DNA from: Eledone cirrhosa
Taxonomy: Eukaryota
Direction of reading: 5' to 3'
Length of the DNA stretch: 64,000 nucleotides
NCBI GenBank assembly: GCA_964016885.1
Contig: OZ024742.1
Location: 32,302,001 to 32,366,000 of the forward strand
The stretch's first letter is position 1. Each line of letters opens with the position of its first letter. The notes beneath the pieces were generated by a model. It saw only the letters and a list, made by a program, of their open reading frames with translations, had not been told where the DNA came from and did not search any database. The translations under genes and the position numbers were made by a program. This document shows positions 49,201-61,560 of the stretch, in pieces.

Positions 49201-52200
49201 GAGAGAGAGAGAGACAGCTAGGTGGACAGGTAGAGAGAGACAGCTAGGTGGACAGGTAGAGAGAGACAGCTAGGTGGACAGGTATGGAGAGAGACAGCTA
49301 GGTGGACAGGTATGGAGAGAGACAGCTAGATGGACAGGTAGAGAGAGAGACAGCTAGGTGGACATGTAGAGAGAGAGAGACAGCTAGATGGACAGGTAGA
49401 GAGAGACAACTAGGTGCACAGGTAGAGAGAGAGATAGCTAGGTGGACAGGTAGAGAGAGAGAGAGACAGCTAGGTGGACAGGTAGAGAGAGAGACAGCTA
49501 GGTGGACAGGTAGAGAGAGACAGCTAGGTGGACATGTAGAGAGAGAGAGAGATTGATAGGTGGACATGTAGAGAGAGAGAGAGCTAGGTGGACAGGTAGA
49601 GAGAGAGAGAGACAGCTAGGTGGACAGGTAGAGAGAGAGAGACAGCTAGGTGGACAGGTAGAGAGAGAGAGACAGCTAGGTGTACAGGTAGAGAGAGAGA
49701 GAGCTAGGTGGACAGGTATAGAGAGAGACAGCTAGGTGGACAGGTAGAGAGAGAGAGAGACAGCTACGTGGACAGGTAGAGAGATACAGCTAAGTGGGCA
49801 GGTAGAGAGAGAGACAGCTAGGTGGACAGGTAGAGAGACAGCTAGTAAGAGAGGTAGAGAGACAGCTAGATGGACAGGTAAAGAGACAGCTAGGTGGACA
49901 GGTAGAGAGACAGCTAAGTGGACAGGTAGAGAGACAGCTAAGTGGACAGGTAGAGAGACAGCTAGGTGGACAGGTAGAGAGACCGCTAGGTGGACAGGTA
50001 GAGAGACAGCTAAGTGGACAGGTAGAGAGACAGCTAAGTGGACAGGTAGAGAGACAGCTAAGTGGACAGGTAGAGAGACAGCTAAGTGGACAGGTAGAGA
50101 GACAGCTAAGTGGACAGGTAGAGAGACAGCTAGGTGGACAGGTGAAGAGACAGCTAGGTGGACAGGTAGAGAGACAGCTAAGTGGGCAGGTAGAGAGACA
50201 GCTAGGTGGACAGGTAGAGACAGCTAGAGACAGCTAAGTGGACAGGTAGAGAGACAGCTAGGTGGACAGGTAGAGAGACAGCTAAGTGGACAGGTAGAGA
50301 GACAGCTAAGTGGACAGGTAGAGAGACAGCTAGGTGGACAGGTAGAGAGACAGCTAGGTGGACAGGTAGAGAGACAGCTAAGTGGACAGGTAGAGACAGC
50401 TAAGTGGACAGGTAGAGAGACAGCTAAGTGGACAGGTAGAGAGACAGCTAAGTGGACAGGTAGAGACAGCTAAGTGGACAGGTAGAGAGACAGCTAAGTG
50501 GACAGGTAGAGAGACAGCTAAGTGGACAGGTAGAGAAAGGTAGAGAGACAGCTAAGTGGACAGGTAGAGAAAGGTAGAGAGACAGCTAAGTGGACAGGTA
50601 GGTGGGCAGGTAGAGAGACAGCTAAGTGGGCAGGTAGAGAGACAGCTAAGTGGACAGATAGAGAGACAGCTAAGTGGACAGGTAGAGAGACAGCTAAGTG
50701 GACAGGTAGAGAGACAGCTAGAGAGACAGCATGGTGGACAGGTAGAGAGACAGCTAGGTGGACAGGTAGAGAGACAGCTAGGTGGACAGGTAGAGAGACA
50801 GCTAAGTGGACCGGTAGAGAGACAGTTAGGTGGACAGGTAGAGAGACAGCTAGATGGACAGGTAGAGAGACAGCTCAGTGGACAGGTAGAGAGACAGCTA
50901 AATGGACAGGTAGAGAGACAGCTAAGTGGACAGATAGAGAGACAGCTAAGTGGACAGGTAGAGAGACAGCTAAGTGGGCAGGTAGAGAGACAGCTAAGTG
51001 GACAGATAGAGAGACAGCTAAGTGGACAGGTAGAGAGACAGCTAGAGAGACAGCATGGTGGACAGGTAGAGAGACAGCTAGGTGGACAGGTAGAGAGACA
51101 GCTAGGTGGACAGGTAGAGAGACAGCTAAGTGGACCGGTAGAGAGACAGTTAGGTGGACAGGTAGAGAGACAGCTAGATGGACAGGTAGACAGACAGCTA
51201 AGTGGACAGGTAGAGAGGCAGCTAAGTGGACAGGTAGAGAGACAGCTAAGTGGACAGGTAGAGAGACAGCTAAGTGGACAGGTAGAGAGACAGCTAAGTG
51301 GACAGGTAGAGAGACAGCTAAGTGGACAGGTAGAGAGACAGCTAGGTGGGCAGATAGAGAGACAGCTAAGTGGACAGGTAGAGAGACAGCTAGAGAGACA
51401 GCTAGGTGGACAGGTAGAGAGACAGCTAGGTGGACAGGTAGAGAGACAGCTAGAGAGACAGCTAGGTGGACAGGTAGAGAGACAGCTAGGTGGACAGGTA
51501 GAGAGACAGCTAGAGAGACAGCTAGGTGGACAGGTAGAGAGACAGCTAGGTGGACAGGTAGAGAGACAGCTAGGTGGACAGGTAGAGAGACAGCTAGGTG
51601 GGCAGGTAGAGAGACAGCTGGGTGGACAGGTAGAGAGACAGCTAGGTGGGCAGGTAGAGAGACAGCTAGGTGGGCAGGTAGAGAGACAGCTAAGTGGACA
51701 GGTAAAGAGACAGCTAGGTGGACAGGTAGAGAGACAGCTAAGTGGACAGGTAGAGACAGCTAAGTGGGCAGATAGAGAGACAGCTAGGTGGACAGGTAGA
51801 GAGACAGCTAAGTGGACAGGTAGAGAGACAGCTAAGTGGACAGTTAGAGAGACAGCTAGAGAGACAGCTAGGTGGACAGGTAGAGAGACAGCTAGGTGGA
51901 CAGGTAGAGAGACAGCTAGAGAGACAGGTAGGTGGACAGGTAGAGAGACAGCTAGGTGGACAGGTAGAGAGACAGCTAGAGAGACAGCTGGGTGGACAGG
52001 TAGAGAGACAGCTAGGTGGACAGGTAGAGAGACAGCTAGGTGGACAGGTAGAGAGACAGCTAGGTGGGCAGGTAGAGAGACAGCTAAGTGGACAGGTAGA
52101 GAGACAGCTAAGTGGACAGGTAGAGAGACAGCTAGGTGGGCAGGTAGAGAGACAGCTAAGTGGACAGGTAGAGAGACAGCTAGGTGGGCAGGTAGAGAGA

Positions 52201-55200
52201 CAGCTAAGTGGACAGGTAGAGAGACAGCTAAGTGGACAGGTATAGAGACAGCTAAGTGGACAGGTAGAGAGACAGCTAGGTGTACAGGTAGAGAGACAGC
52301 TAGGTGGACAGGTAGAGAGACAGCTAGGTGGACAGGTAGAGAGACAGCTAGGTGGACAGGTAGAGAGACAGCTAGGTGGGCAGGTAGAGAGACAGCTAAG
52401 TGGACAGGTAGAGAGACAGCTAAGTGGACAGGTAGAGAGACAGCTAAGTGGACAGGTAGAGAGACAGCTAGGTGGACAGGTAGAGAGACAGCTAAGTGGA
52501 CAGGTAGAGAGACAGCTAGGTGGACAGGTAGAGAGACAGCTCGGTGGACAGGTAGAGAGACAGCTAGGTGGACAGGTAGAGAGAGAGAGACAGCTAGGTG
52601 GACAGGTAGAGAGAGAGAGACAGCTAGGTGGACAGGTAGAGAGAGAGAGACAGCTAGGTGGAGAGGTAGAGAGATACAGCTAAGTGGGCAGGTAGAGAGA
52701 GAGACAGCTAGGTGGACAGGTAGAGAGACAGCTAGGTGGACAGGTAGAGAGACAGCTAGGTGGACAGGTAGAGAGACAGCTAGGTGGACAGGTAGAGAGA
52801 CAGCTAGGTGGACAGGTAGAGAGACAGCTAGGTGGACAGGTAGAGAGACAGCTAGGTGGACAGGTAGAGAGACAGCTAGGTGGACAGGTAGAGAGACAGC
52901 TAGGTGGACCGGTAGAGATAGGTAGAGAGACAGCTAAGTGGACAGGTAGAGAGACAGCTAAGTGGACAGGTAGAGAGACAGTTAGGTGGACAGGTAGAGA
53001 GACAGCTAGATGGACAGGTAGAGAGACAGCTAAACGGATAGGTAGAGAGACAGCTAGGTGGACACGTAGAGAGACAGCTAAGTGGACAGGTAGAGAAAGG
53101 TAGAGAGACAGCTAAGTGGACAGGTAGAGAGACAGCTAAGTGGACAGGTAGAGAGACAGCTAGGTGGGCAGATAGAGAGACAGCTAAGTGGACAGGTAGA
53201 GAGACAGCTAAGTGGACAGGTAGAGAGACAGCTAAGTGGACAGGTAGAGAGACAGCTAAGTGGACAGGTATAGAGACAGCTAAGTGGACAGGTAGAGAGA
53301 CAGCTAGGTGGACAGGTAGAGAGACAGCTAGGTGGACAGGTAGAGAGACAGCTAAGTGGACAGGTAGCGAGACAGCTAGGTGGACAGGTAGAGAGACAGC
53401 TAAGTGGACAGGTAGAGAGACAGCTAAGTGGACAGGTAGAGAGACAGCTAAGTGGACAGGTAGAGAAAGGTAGAGAGACAGCTAGGTGGACAGGTAGAGA
53501 GACAGCTAAGTGGACAGGTAGAGAGACATCTAGCAGGACAGGTAGAGAGACAGCTAGGTGGACAGGTAGAGAGACAGCTAGGTGGACAGGTAGAGAGACA
53601 GCTAAGTGGACAGGTAGAGAGACAGCTAAGTGGACAGGTAGAGAGACAGCTAGGTGGACAGGTAGAGAGACAGCTAGGTGGACAGGTAGAGAGACAGCTA
53701 GGTGGACAGCTAGAGAGACAGCTAAGTGGACAGGTAGAGAGACAGCTAGGTGGACAGGTAGAGAGACAGCTAAGTGGGCAGATAGAGAGACAGCTAGGTG
53801 GACAGGTAGAGAGACAGCTAAGTGGACAGGTAGAGAGACAGCTAGGTGGACAGGTAGAGAGACAGCTAAGTGGACAGGTAGAGAGACAGCTAGGTGGACA
53901 GGTAGAGAGACAGCTAAGTGGGCAGATAGCGAGACAGCTAGGTGGACAGGTAGAGAGACAGCTAAGTGGACAGGTAGAGAGACAGCTAGGTGGACAGGTA
54001 GAGAGACAGCTAAGTGGACAGGTAGAGAGACAGCTAGGTGGACAGGTAGAGAGACAGCTAAGTGGACAGGTAGAGAGACAGCTAGGTGGACAGGTAGAGA
54101 GACAGCTAAGTGGACAGGTAGAGAGACAGCTAAGTGGACAGGTAGAGAGACAGCTAAGTGGACAGGTAGAGAGACAGCTAAGTGGACAGATAGAGAGACA
54201 GCTAGGTGGACAGGTAGAGAGACAGCTAAGTGGACAGGTAGAGAGACAGCTAGGTGGACAGGTAGAGAGACAGCTAAGTGGGCAGATAGAGAGACAGCTA
54301 GGTGGACAGGTAGAGAGACAGCTAAGTGGACAGGTAGAGAGACAGCTAAGTGGACAGGTAGAGAGACAGCTAAGTGGACAGGTAGAGAGACAGCTAAGTG
54401 GACAGATAGAGAGACAGCTAGGTGGACAGGTAGAGAGACAGCTAAGTGGACAGGTAGAGAGACAGCTAGGTGGACAGGTAGAGAGACAGCTGAGTGGACA
54501 GGTAGAGAGACAGCTAGGTGGACAGGTAGAGAGACAGCTAAGTGGACAGGTAGAGAGACAGCTAGGTGGACAGGTAGAGAGACAGCTAAGTGGACAGGTA
54601 GAGAGACAGCTAGGTGGACAGGTAGAGAGACAGCTAAGTGGGCAGATAGAGAGACAGCTAGGTGGACAGGTAGAGAGACAGCTAAGTGGACAGGTAGAGA
54701 GACAGCTAGGTGGACAGGTAGAGAGACAGCTAGCTGGACAGGTAGAGAGACAGCTAAGTGGACAGGTAGAGAGACAGCTAGGTGGACAGGTAGAGAGACA
54801 GCTAAGTGGGCAGATAGAGAGACAGCTAGGTGGACAGCTAAGTGGACAGGTAGAGAGACAGCTAGGTGGACAGGTAGAGAGACAGCTAAGTGGACAGGTA
54901 GAGAGACAGCTAGGTGGACAGGTAGAGAGACAGCTAAGTGGGCAGATAGAGAGACAGCTAGGTGGACAGGTAGAGAGACAGCTAAGTGGACAGGTAGAGA
55001 GACAGCTAGGTGGACAGGTAGAGAGACAGCTAAGTGGACAGGTAGAGAGACAGCTAGGTGGACAGGTAGAGAGACAGCTAAGTGGACAGGTAGAGAGACA
55101 GCTAGGTGGGCAGATAGAGAGACAGCTAGGTGGACAGGTAGAGAGACAGCTAAGTGGACAGGTAGAGAGACAGCTAGGTGGACAGGTAGAGAGACAGCTA

Positions 55201-56091
55201 AGTGGACAGGTAGAGAGACAGCTAGGTGGACAGGTAGAGAGACAGCTAAGTGGACAGGTAGAGAGACAGCTAGGTGGACAGGTAGAGAGACAGCTAAGTG
55301 GACAGGTAGAGAGACAGCTAGGTGGACAGGTAGAGAGACAGCTAAGTGGACAGGTAGAGAGACAGCTAAGTGGACAGGTAGAGAGACAGCTAGGTGGACA
55401 GATAGAGAGACAGCTAGGTGGACAGGTAGAGAAAGGTAGAGAGACAGCTAAGTGGACAGGTAGAGAAAGGTAGAGAGACAGCTAAGTGGACAGGTAGAGA
55501 GACAGCTAAGTGGACAGATAGAGAGACAGCTAGGTGGACAGGTAGAGAGACAGCTAAGTGGACAGGTAGAGAGACAGCTAGGTGGACAGGTAGAGAGACA
55601 GCTAAGTGGACAGGTAGAGAAAGGTAGAGAGACAGCTAAGTGGACAGGTGGAGAGACAGCTAGGTGGACAGGTAGAGAGACAGCTAAGTGGACAGGTAGA
55701 GAGACAGCTAGGTGGACAGGTAGAGAGACAGCTAAGTGGACAGGTAGAGAGACAGCTAAGTGGACAGGTAGAGAGACAGCTAAGTGGACAGGTAGAGAGA
55801 CAGTAAGAGAGGTAGCTAAGCGGATAGGTAGAGAAAGGCACAGACAGACATGGAGAAATAGACAGCTGTAAAGATAACTATATTGATGTGTAAAGATATA
55901 GTTATAGAAACAGGTAGAAAATGTTTGACAGCTATATGGTTCGTTAGGTATACAGGTAAAGAGACGCTACTAGATGCGATACAGACAGATGTACAAATAT
56001 AATGGCTATGTGGTCAGACAGACCCGTAGTTTAACAGCCTGACAGATTGAAAGGCAAAATACTTCCTATATGTGTGCGTGTGTGTGTGTAT

Positions 56092-56175
<84 letters not shown>

Positions 56176-56851
56176 AGACAGACAGAATGTGTGAAAGTGG
56201 TAGATGAACAACAAAAGCTAAAAAGTGACGTTTACTGAGTAAAGGCAGACAGCTGGACAGACTAATGAACAGTTATAGTAAGAAAGAGAAGCTGATAGAT
56301 GGATAGTTACAAATAGGTGGCGAAAGAGTTATACAGTTAAATAACCACACATCTAAATATATAGACAGTGACCGAAAAATAAGCACACACAAATATATAT
56401 ATAGTTGTAGAAAAATAAATGTTTTGAACTAAGTGAAATCTTTGGGATTTTTTTTTCTTACACACACATATATATATATATATGTATTATAAATTATATA
56501 GAAATGACTTCTACAGGACTAGGACTTTTATATGAACGAAACAGTGCTAGTTATATAGAAATAGTTTCGATATAAAATAAAGATGCCTATACATACACTA
56601 CCAACGTATTGAGTACCCTTTTAACCGAGGTTACCTCCCAATTCCCATCGGGAACCCAACACCCACCCACATATATATATGTACACATACATACATATAT
56701 GTGTGTGTGTATGTAAAGGCAAGCTGTGGAGTAGAAGACAAACATTTTGTCACGAGAAAACAGGTGCGGTAATAATGGTTACAGTGTCACTGACAGATAT
56801 AAAATATTACGAAGGGAAAATAAAAAATACAAAGATGTGTAAAATAATTAC

Positions 56852-56906
56852 CCAGCATTTTACAGGTAGATTCGCCACAATTAGCACCCAGATGAGGAAA
56901 TTCCAT
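56852..56906 (-). CDS. ZFAND2B: ZFAND2 coding exon 1 (start codon)
   Basis: ATG at 56906; MEFPHLGANCGESTCKML G|gtaatt matches the MEFPDLGKHCSEKTCKQLD N-terminus of ZFAND2. Confidence 0.95.
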
Positions 56907-57836
56907 CCTTCTTTGTTTTATTTTTCTCTCTCTCCTTTGTCTTTCTTTAAGAGCCTTCCTCTGGTATGTTTTCTTCTGCTGGTTATTATTATTACTGTCT
57001 GTCGTATGTTGGTCAGACTGTATATACGTGTGATGTGTGTATATGTGGTAGTAACTAGAAATAGCCGTAATAAGTGTTCTAATTTTGTCAGTATGTAAAT
57101 ATTTAGCCGACAATGTTAAGAAATAAAAGTAATTTCGCTTGTCACATATATATAGTCTCTGGACTATTTTCTTGTTTGTTGTTTCTTCTGTGACTGTTTA
57201 GTGATTATAGTTGTTGTTTTTCTTTTTTTTTTTTTTCCACTTATATGCTTCGTTCAATTAAAATTCCTTAATCTCGTACCTCTACAAAAATCATTTTTGA
57301 AGAATAAAACGGAGAGGGAGAAATACAAACAAAAAAGATTGCACTCTACACTAAACACGAGTGTTTTTCCCCTAATTAATTAATTAATGAAAATAAACAA
57401 CAATGAAATAAAAGCACGAGATTTCTTGAGCCGTTGGTGTTGATATTTTCCTCGTCCTCGAAGCGAAAGGTTTTTTACCCGACAAAAATACCACAATCTA
57501 ACTTCGGGATGGGTAACGAGCTTCGGGTTTTTATAATAATAATACCACCCGTCTATCCACCGCCGCCTCTAACTACTTACTAGTGTTACTACTACTGGAC
57601 TTTCTTCTTCCGCCGCCACTACTAACACCACCTCCACCACGTCAATTACACTATGCTGCTTTCTGACACAACCACCGTTATTACACTATGCTGCTGTTGC
57701 TTGCTTTCTGCCACCACGTATATCACATTATGCTGCTGCTGCCTTTTTAACTATACCGCCACTACCAAAGCCTCTTTGCTGCTGCGTCCTTGTTATCTCC
57801 ATCGCTGCTATCCCCTCTATCACTACAATTTCAAAA

Positions 57837-57849
57837 ACGTCACTTCCGC
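57837..57849 (-). promoter_or_regulatory. Overlapping ETS-CRE motif in the probable ZFAND2 promoter
   Basis: GCGGAAGTGACGT on the minus strand; also CCGGAAATGGC at 57927-57937 and a candidate non-coding-exon donor GTAAGT at 57580-57575. Confidence 0.5.
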
Positions 57850-58018
57850 TCAATGTGACACACACATACTTATACTCACACTAAAACACAGATGTGCATA
57901 CACACTGAATGAATGAGAGAGAGAAAGCCATTTCCGGCCTCACTAACGTGTATTGTCATTGAGTTGTGAATGAGTAGGCTATTTTATTGTTTCGTAGACT
58001 TACGTGTCCATCCTGATG

Positions 58019-58053
58019 TCTCTCGAATATTCTAGTCACTTCTAGATCCTTCC
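58019..58053. promoter_or_regulatory. Heat-shock element (HSF site)
   Basis: tCTCt cGAAt aTTCt aGTCa cTTCt aGATc cTTCc; contains exact CTnGAAnnTTCnAG (58022-58035); ~1.1 kb upstream of the ATG of a gene family with HSF-regulated members. Confidence 0.75.
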
Positions 58054-58292
58054 TATTAGCTGGACGGCTTACGCAACATCTGGTCTTCTTACATATATAT
58101 GTGTGTATTATACACACACATATATAGAGATATTATACATATATAAACTATGTTAAGGTATTAATACATATTTAATGTATATGATGATCATGTTTCTCAT
58201 TAAATAAGCTCAATGGACCTTACTGAACTTTTTAGACCCTATCATAACCCCAGGGGATTTTTTTTATTACGTACATACAAATTCGAACCACC

Positions 58293-58528
58293 CTAAATCT
58301 ATTATTAATAATTGTTTCTACTTTGGGCACAAGGCCAGCAATTATACAGTGTATTACTGGTACTTTATTTTATCGACCCCGTAAGGATGAAAGGCAAAGT
58401 TAACCTCGGCGGGATTTGAACTCAGAACATAAAGTGCCGTAACTCTTTGCTGCAAAGCATGGCGTCCGACCCTCAACCGATACTGCCAATCCACCGCCCT
58501 TCTAAATCTATTATTAATAATTGTTTCT
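58293..58528 (-). mobile_element. tRNA-derived SINE with long flanking direct repeat
   Basis: CTAAATCTATTATTAATAATTGTTTCT at 58293-58319 and 58502-58528. Confidence 0.85.
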
Positions 58529-59091
58529 GGTGCAATTTCTAGACTTTCTGCTAACAAAGGAATATTCGACAAAAATGATGAAGGTCTTACTAGATCTGGT
58601 TATGAGGAAACACACTTGAACCCTACTTTAAGTGTAGTTAATAATGATATTACCCTTTGATGTTTTTTAAGCCTCACTTTAATAATGTTAATATAAATAG
58701 TAAACTTAATAAGTGTAAAATAAAAAATAGGAATATAGTCAAAACTAGTAGAAATAATAATAATAATTTCATTTATTGACCATGAGGGCCCACAAATTTT
58801 CCATATAATAACGATTCATTAGTTGAAGTTTCGGTTCGGTTACACTCAATTCTTCTTCTTCTTCTTCTTCTTCTTCTTCTTCTTCTTCTTCTTCTAAACG
58901 CAGCATTTGAGTGTCGCATCATATCCCTCCGACATTTACGAACCTCCAAGATAGGAGCCCATCTATTGAACAAGCTCTGCATATGAGAGTTGGGAAGGAA
59001 CTCCTTGAAAGATACTCCCTGCATAATAATCAAAAACTCACACCCAGGGAAATTTTCCAGCAATTCGTTGCCAGGAAGCTCTAGAGTGAGA

Positions 59092-59445
59092 GTAATATAG
59101 ATAAGCAAAGTAGTCTATCTTGGACCAACAACCGCTATATTGGCTCCCACTTTAAAATATACGCTTTTGCAATCCAAGAACAGGAAATCAACAGAAAATA
59201 CCTGATTCACACAAGAGATAGGGGTTCTGTCAAAACACCGAGATGTGACAACAAATGCAAACTCTGCAGAATTAACATCGAAGATGTCACCCATTTCATA
59301 AGCAGCTGTCCAAAGATATCATCACGATACTATCTACCTATGAAGCATGATGTAGTGACCAAAACGCTGTACAATGCAATCCGTAGAAAAGATAGTCCCG
59401 ACAATAAACACATTAAATATTACAGCATTGTGGAAGACATACACA
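59092..59445 (+). mobile_element. R4/NeSL-group (restriction-like endonuclease) retrotransposon fragment
   Basis: Manual translation: IDKQSSLSWTNNRYIGSHFKIYAFAIQEQEINRKY..DNKCKLCRINIEDVTHFISSCPKISSRYYLPMKHDVVTKTLY, i.e. the AxQ(D/E)Q, CCHC knuckle and (R/K)HD motifs that precede an RLE domain; absent from the ORF track. Confidence 0.8.
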
Positions 59446-59985
59446 TACAAATGCACACAAACACTTGTAGCACATTAGTTTGTAGGAATTTTAATTATAT
59501 TAGTAAATAATCAAAAGACCAATCATCCTGTCTTGTGCACATTTGTTACTGTCCTGTGGGCACTGGAGCTAGTGATAAAGACCTTAATAAACCGAAATCA
59601 CAAGTACCTTTAGAGGTTGAGTGATGTCTTTTCTTTCGACCATTTTTTTCAGTTTTCTTCATTCAAGACCCTCTTCCTGCTATTTCAAGCGTTAACCTAA
59701 TATATTCCTTCCATATACTGTACCGATTGTGTTGTTATTTCTGTTTACCTTTTACATACATATATATATATATACAAAAGCGGATGATTCGATTTCCGGG
59801 AGCCATATTCTCATTGCTGGATCTTGCTCGATAAAAGGTTAAAGAGGAAATCGAAAGTTTAGACCCATCATGACTCAGATTCTTCGCAATTGTGATGTAA
59901 GAAGTACTTGCTTGTCATACCGTTAATTTCTCCCGTTCCCATGTGACAACAAGAGTGACGCTATGAGTCGGCTTTATTCGCGGAT

Positions 59986-60016
<31 letters not shown>

Positions 60017-60194
60017 CTAATAACTGAGCTGAATAACGAACTTTCAAGAGCTACTGTCTGACTTCTTCATCCTTTCGTACTTTTATATCATGAATCTTCT
60101 TTTCTTTCTTGTAATGGGTCTCACATGTTCTGCCTCAACACCAACCAAGAATGAAGACAGCCGAGATCACAATTCGGCTACTACGGACATGTGG

Positions 60195-60452
60195 TGTCTG
60201 ACACCTACATTGAATGGTTCTGACTTATCCCAACTCAAATACTGGGGGATTTGTATAGGAATTTCAAGGCAACAAGAAACTGTCGTCAATCCCATATTCC
60301 TGCAAAACCTTCCACAAGTCTCGTGGAACGCGGTCGTATGCCTTTTTGTGGTCCGCGAAACAAGCATACAATTCTTAGCAATACTCCCACGATTCCTCGA
60401 AGACTTGACGCAGAATGAATATTTCGTCGGTTGTGCTGCGTCTGTGGCGAGG
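60195..60452 (-). mobile_element. Old RTE RT fragment
   Basis: RSTTDEIFILRQVFEESWEY..YACFADHKKAYDRVPRD..KSEPFNVGVR with frameshifts. Confidence 0.7.
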
Positions 60453-60532
60453 AAGGAAACTTAATTATGAGGCCAAAAAGGTCCGCTTCTTGGTGGCCGC
60501 TTGATAATGTAAAAGAAACTCTATTGAGGAGA

Positions 60533-60720
60533 GTTGGTGGATTAGCAGTATCGGTAGAGGGTCGGACGCCATGCTTTGCAGCACAGTTACGTCCCTTTAC
60601 GGACTGAGTTCAAATCCTGCCGAGGTTAACTTTGCCTTTCATCCTTACGGGGTCGATAAAATAAAGTACCAGTAATACACTGGTGTAATTGCTGGCCTGG
60701 TGCCAAAAGTAGAAACAATT
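60533..60720 (+). mobile_element. tRNA-derived SINE
   Basis: Same family as 34340-34523; B-box GTTCAAATCC, tail AGAAACAATT. Confidence 0.85.
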
Positions 60721-61359
60721 ATATTATATATTATTTATTAATGTTCATACACGGAACAAAAGCGCTACCCAAAGTTTCAGGGTTCAAATTTGACTATACC
60801 TGACCTTTCTTCAGGGGCTAATACAAGTTTATACGATACCGTTAAAAGTAGATTTTGCTAAGAATGCATGATTACGAAAGATAACGTCAAAAAACAAATG
60901 GAAATGGCACTACAACGCTATTAGCTGTCAGTCCAGTGGAAAACAGGCGAAGGTGACGTCACTCGTCAACATCGTTTATTTCTGTATTACTACCACGCGT
61001 AAGTGGAGTTTTCACGCGTTTTTTTTTTTTTGAGAGAGAGAGGGAAGACTTAAAAGGGCCAAATTAGAAAACAAATAGAAAACAAGTCATGGTTATAAAG
61101 CATATCGATGTAAGTGGAGTTACTTAAATGAAAATATAGGTGGCCCTTAAAAGGGCCAAATTAGAAAACAAATTTAAGTTAATTAGAAAACAAGTCATGG
61201 TTATCAATGTAGAAAACAAGTCATTCATAAATTTAAGTTTTATAATCAAATTTTTTTCACCAACAAATATGACAGCTAATAGCGTTGTAGTGCCCGCAAT
61301 TCTGTATCTTTACGTATATTGCGCATAGATACGAGTGTTGACAAAGATACTCTCATGGA

Positions 61360-61560
61360 ATGTGACCAAATGAGGTTTATTTTTCAACATAGTCTCCCTT
61401 GCGTTCCACACACTTCTTCCATCGGTGTTGCAGTACTGAGATCAATGTTTTCCTCGGTAGTGGCAGTTGTAGGACGTCCAGACATTGGGTCATCTTCAAG
61501 AATCCCCTATCCTTTCCTAAATTCGGCTGCCCACTTTTGCACAAAGGAAAGTTGTGGTAC
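61360..61560 (-). mobile_element. mariner transposase C-terminal relic
   Basis: LQHRWKKCVERKGDYVEK* is the canonical mariner C-terminus. Confidence 0.75.

Larger units (their letters stand above)
38250..55830 (+). repeat. ~17.5 kb purine-rich satellite, core AGCTA(G/A)GTGGACAGGT(AG)nAC, 24-bp modal monomer
   Basis: Hundreds of directly visible monomers; variable (AG)n on the left, homogeneous 24-mers at ~45860-46670, ~48045-48830 and ~49830-55800; lies in the 27-kb intron between coding exons 1 and 2. Confidence 0.98.

Noticed and set aside
38250-55830. CRISPR-like array interpretation of the satellite and of the 48-bp repeat
   Set aside because: No unique spacers and no cas genes; the context is eukaryotic and intron-containing.
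58773-59108. ORF with a poly-arginine tract
   Set aside because: The arginine run is the (GAA)n microsatellite; no recognisable domain.
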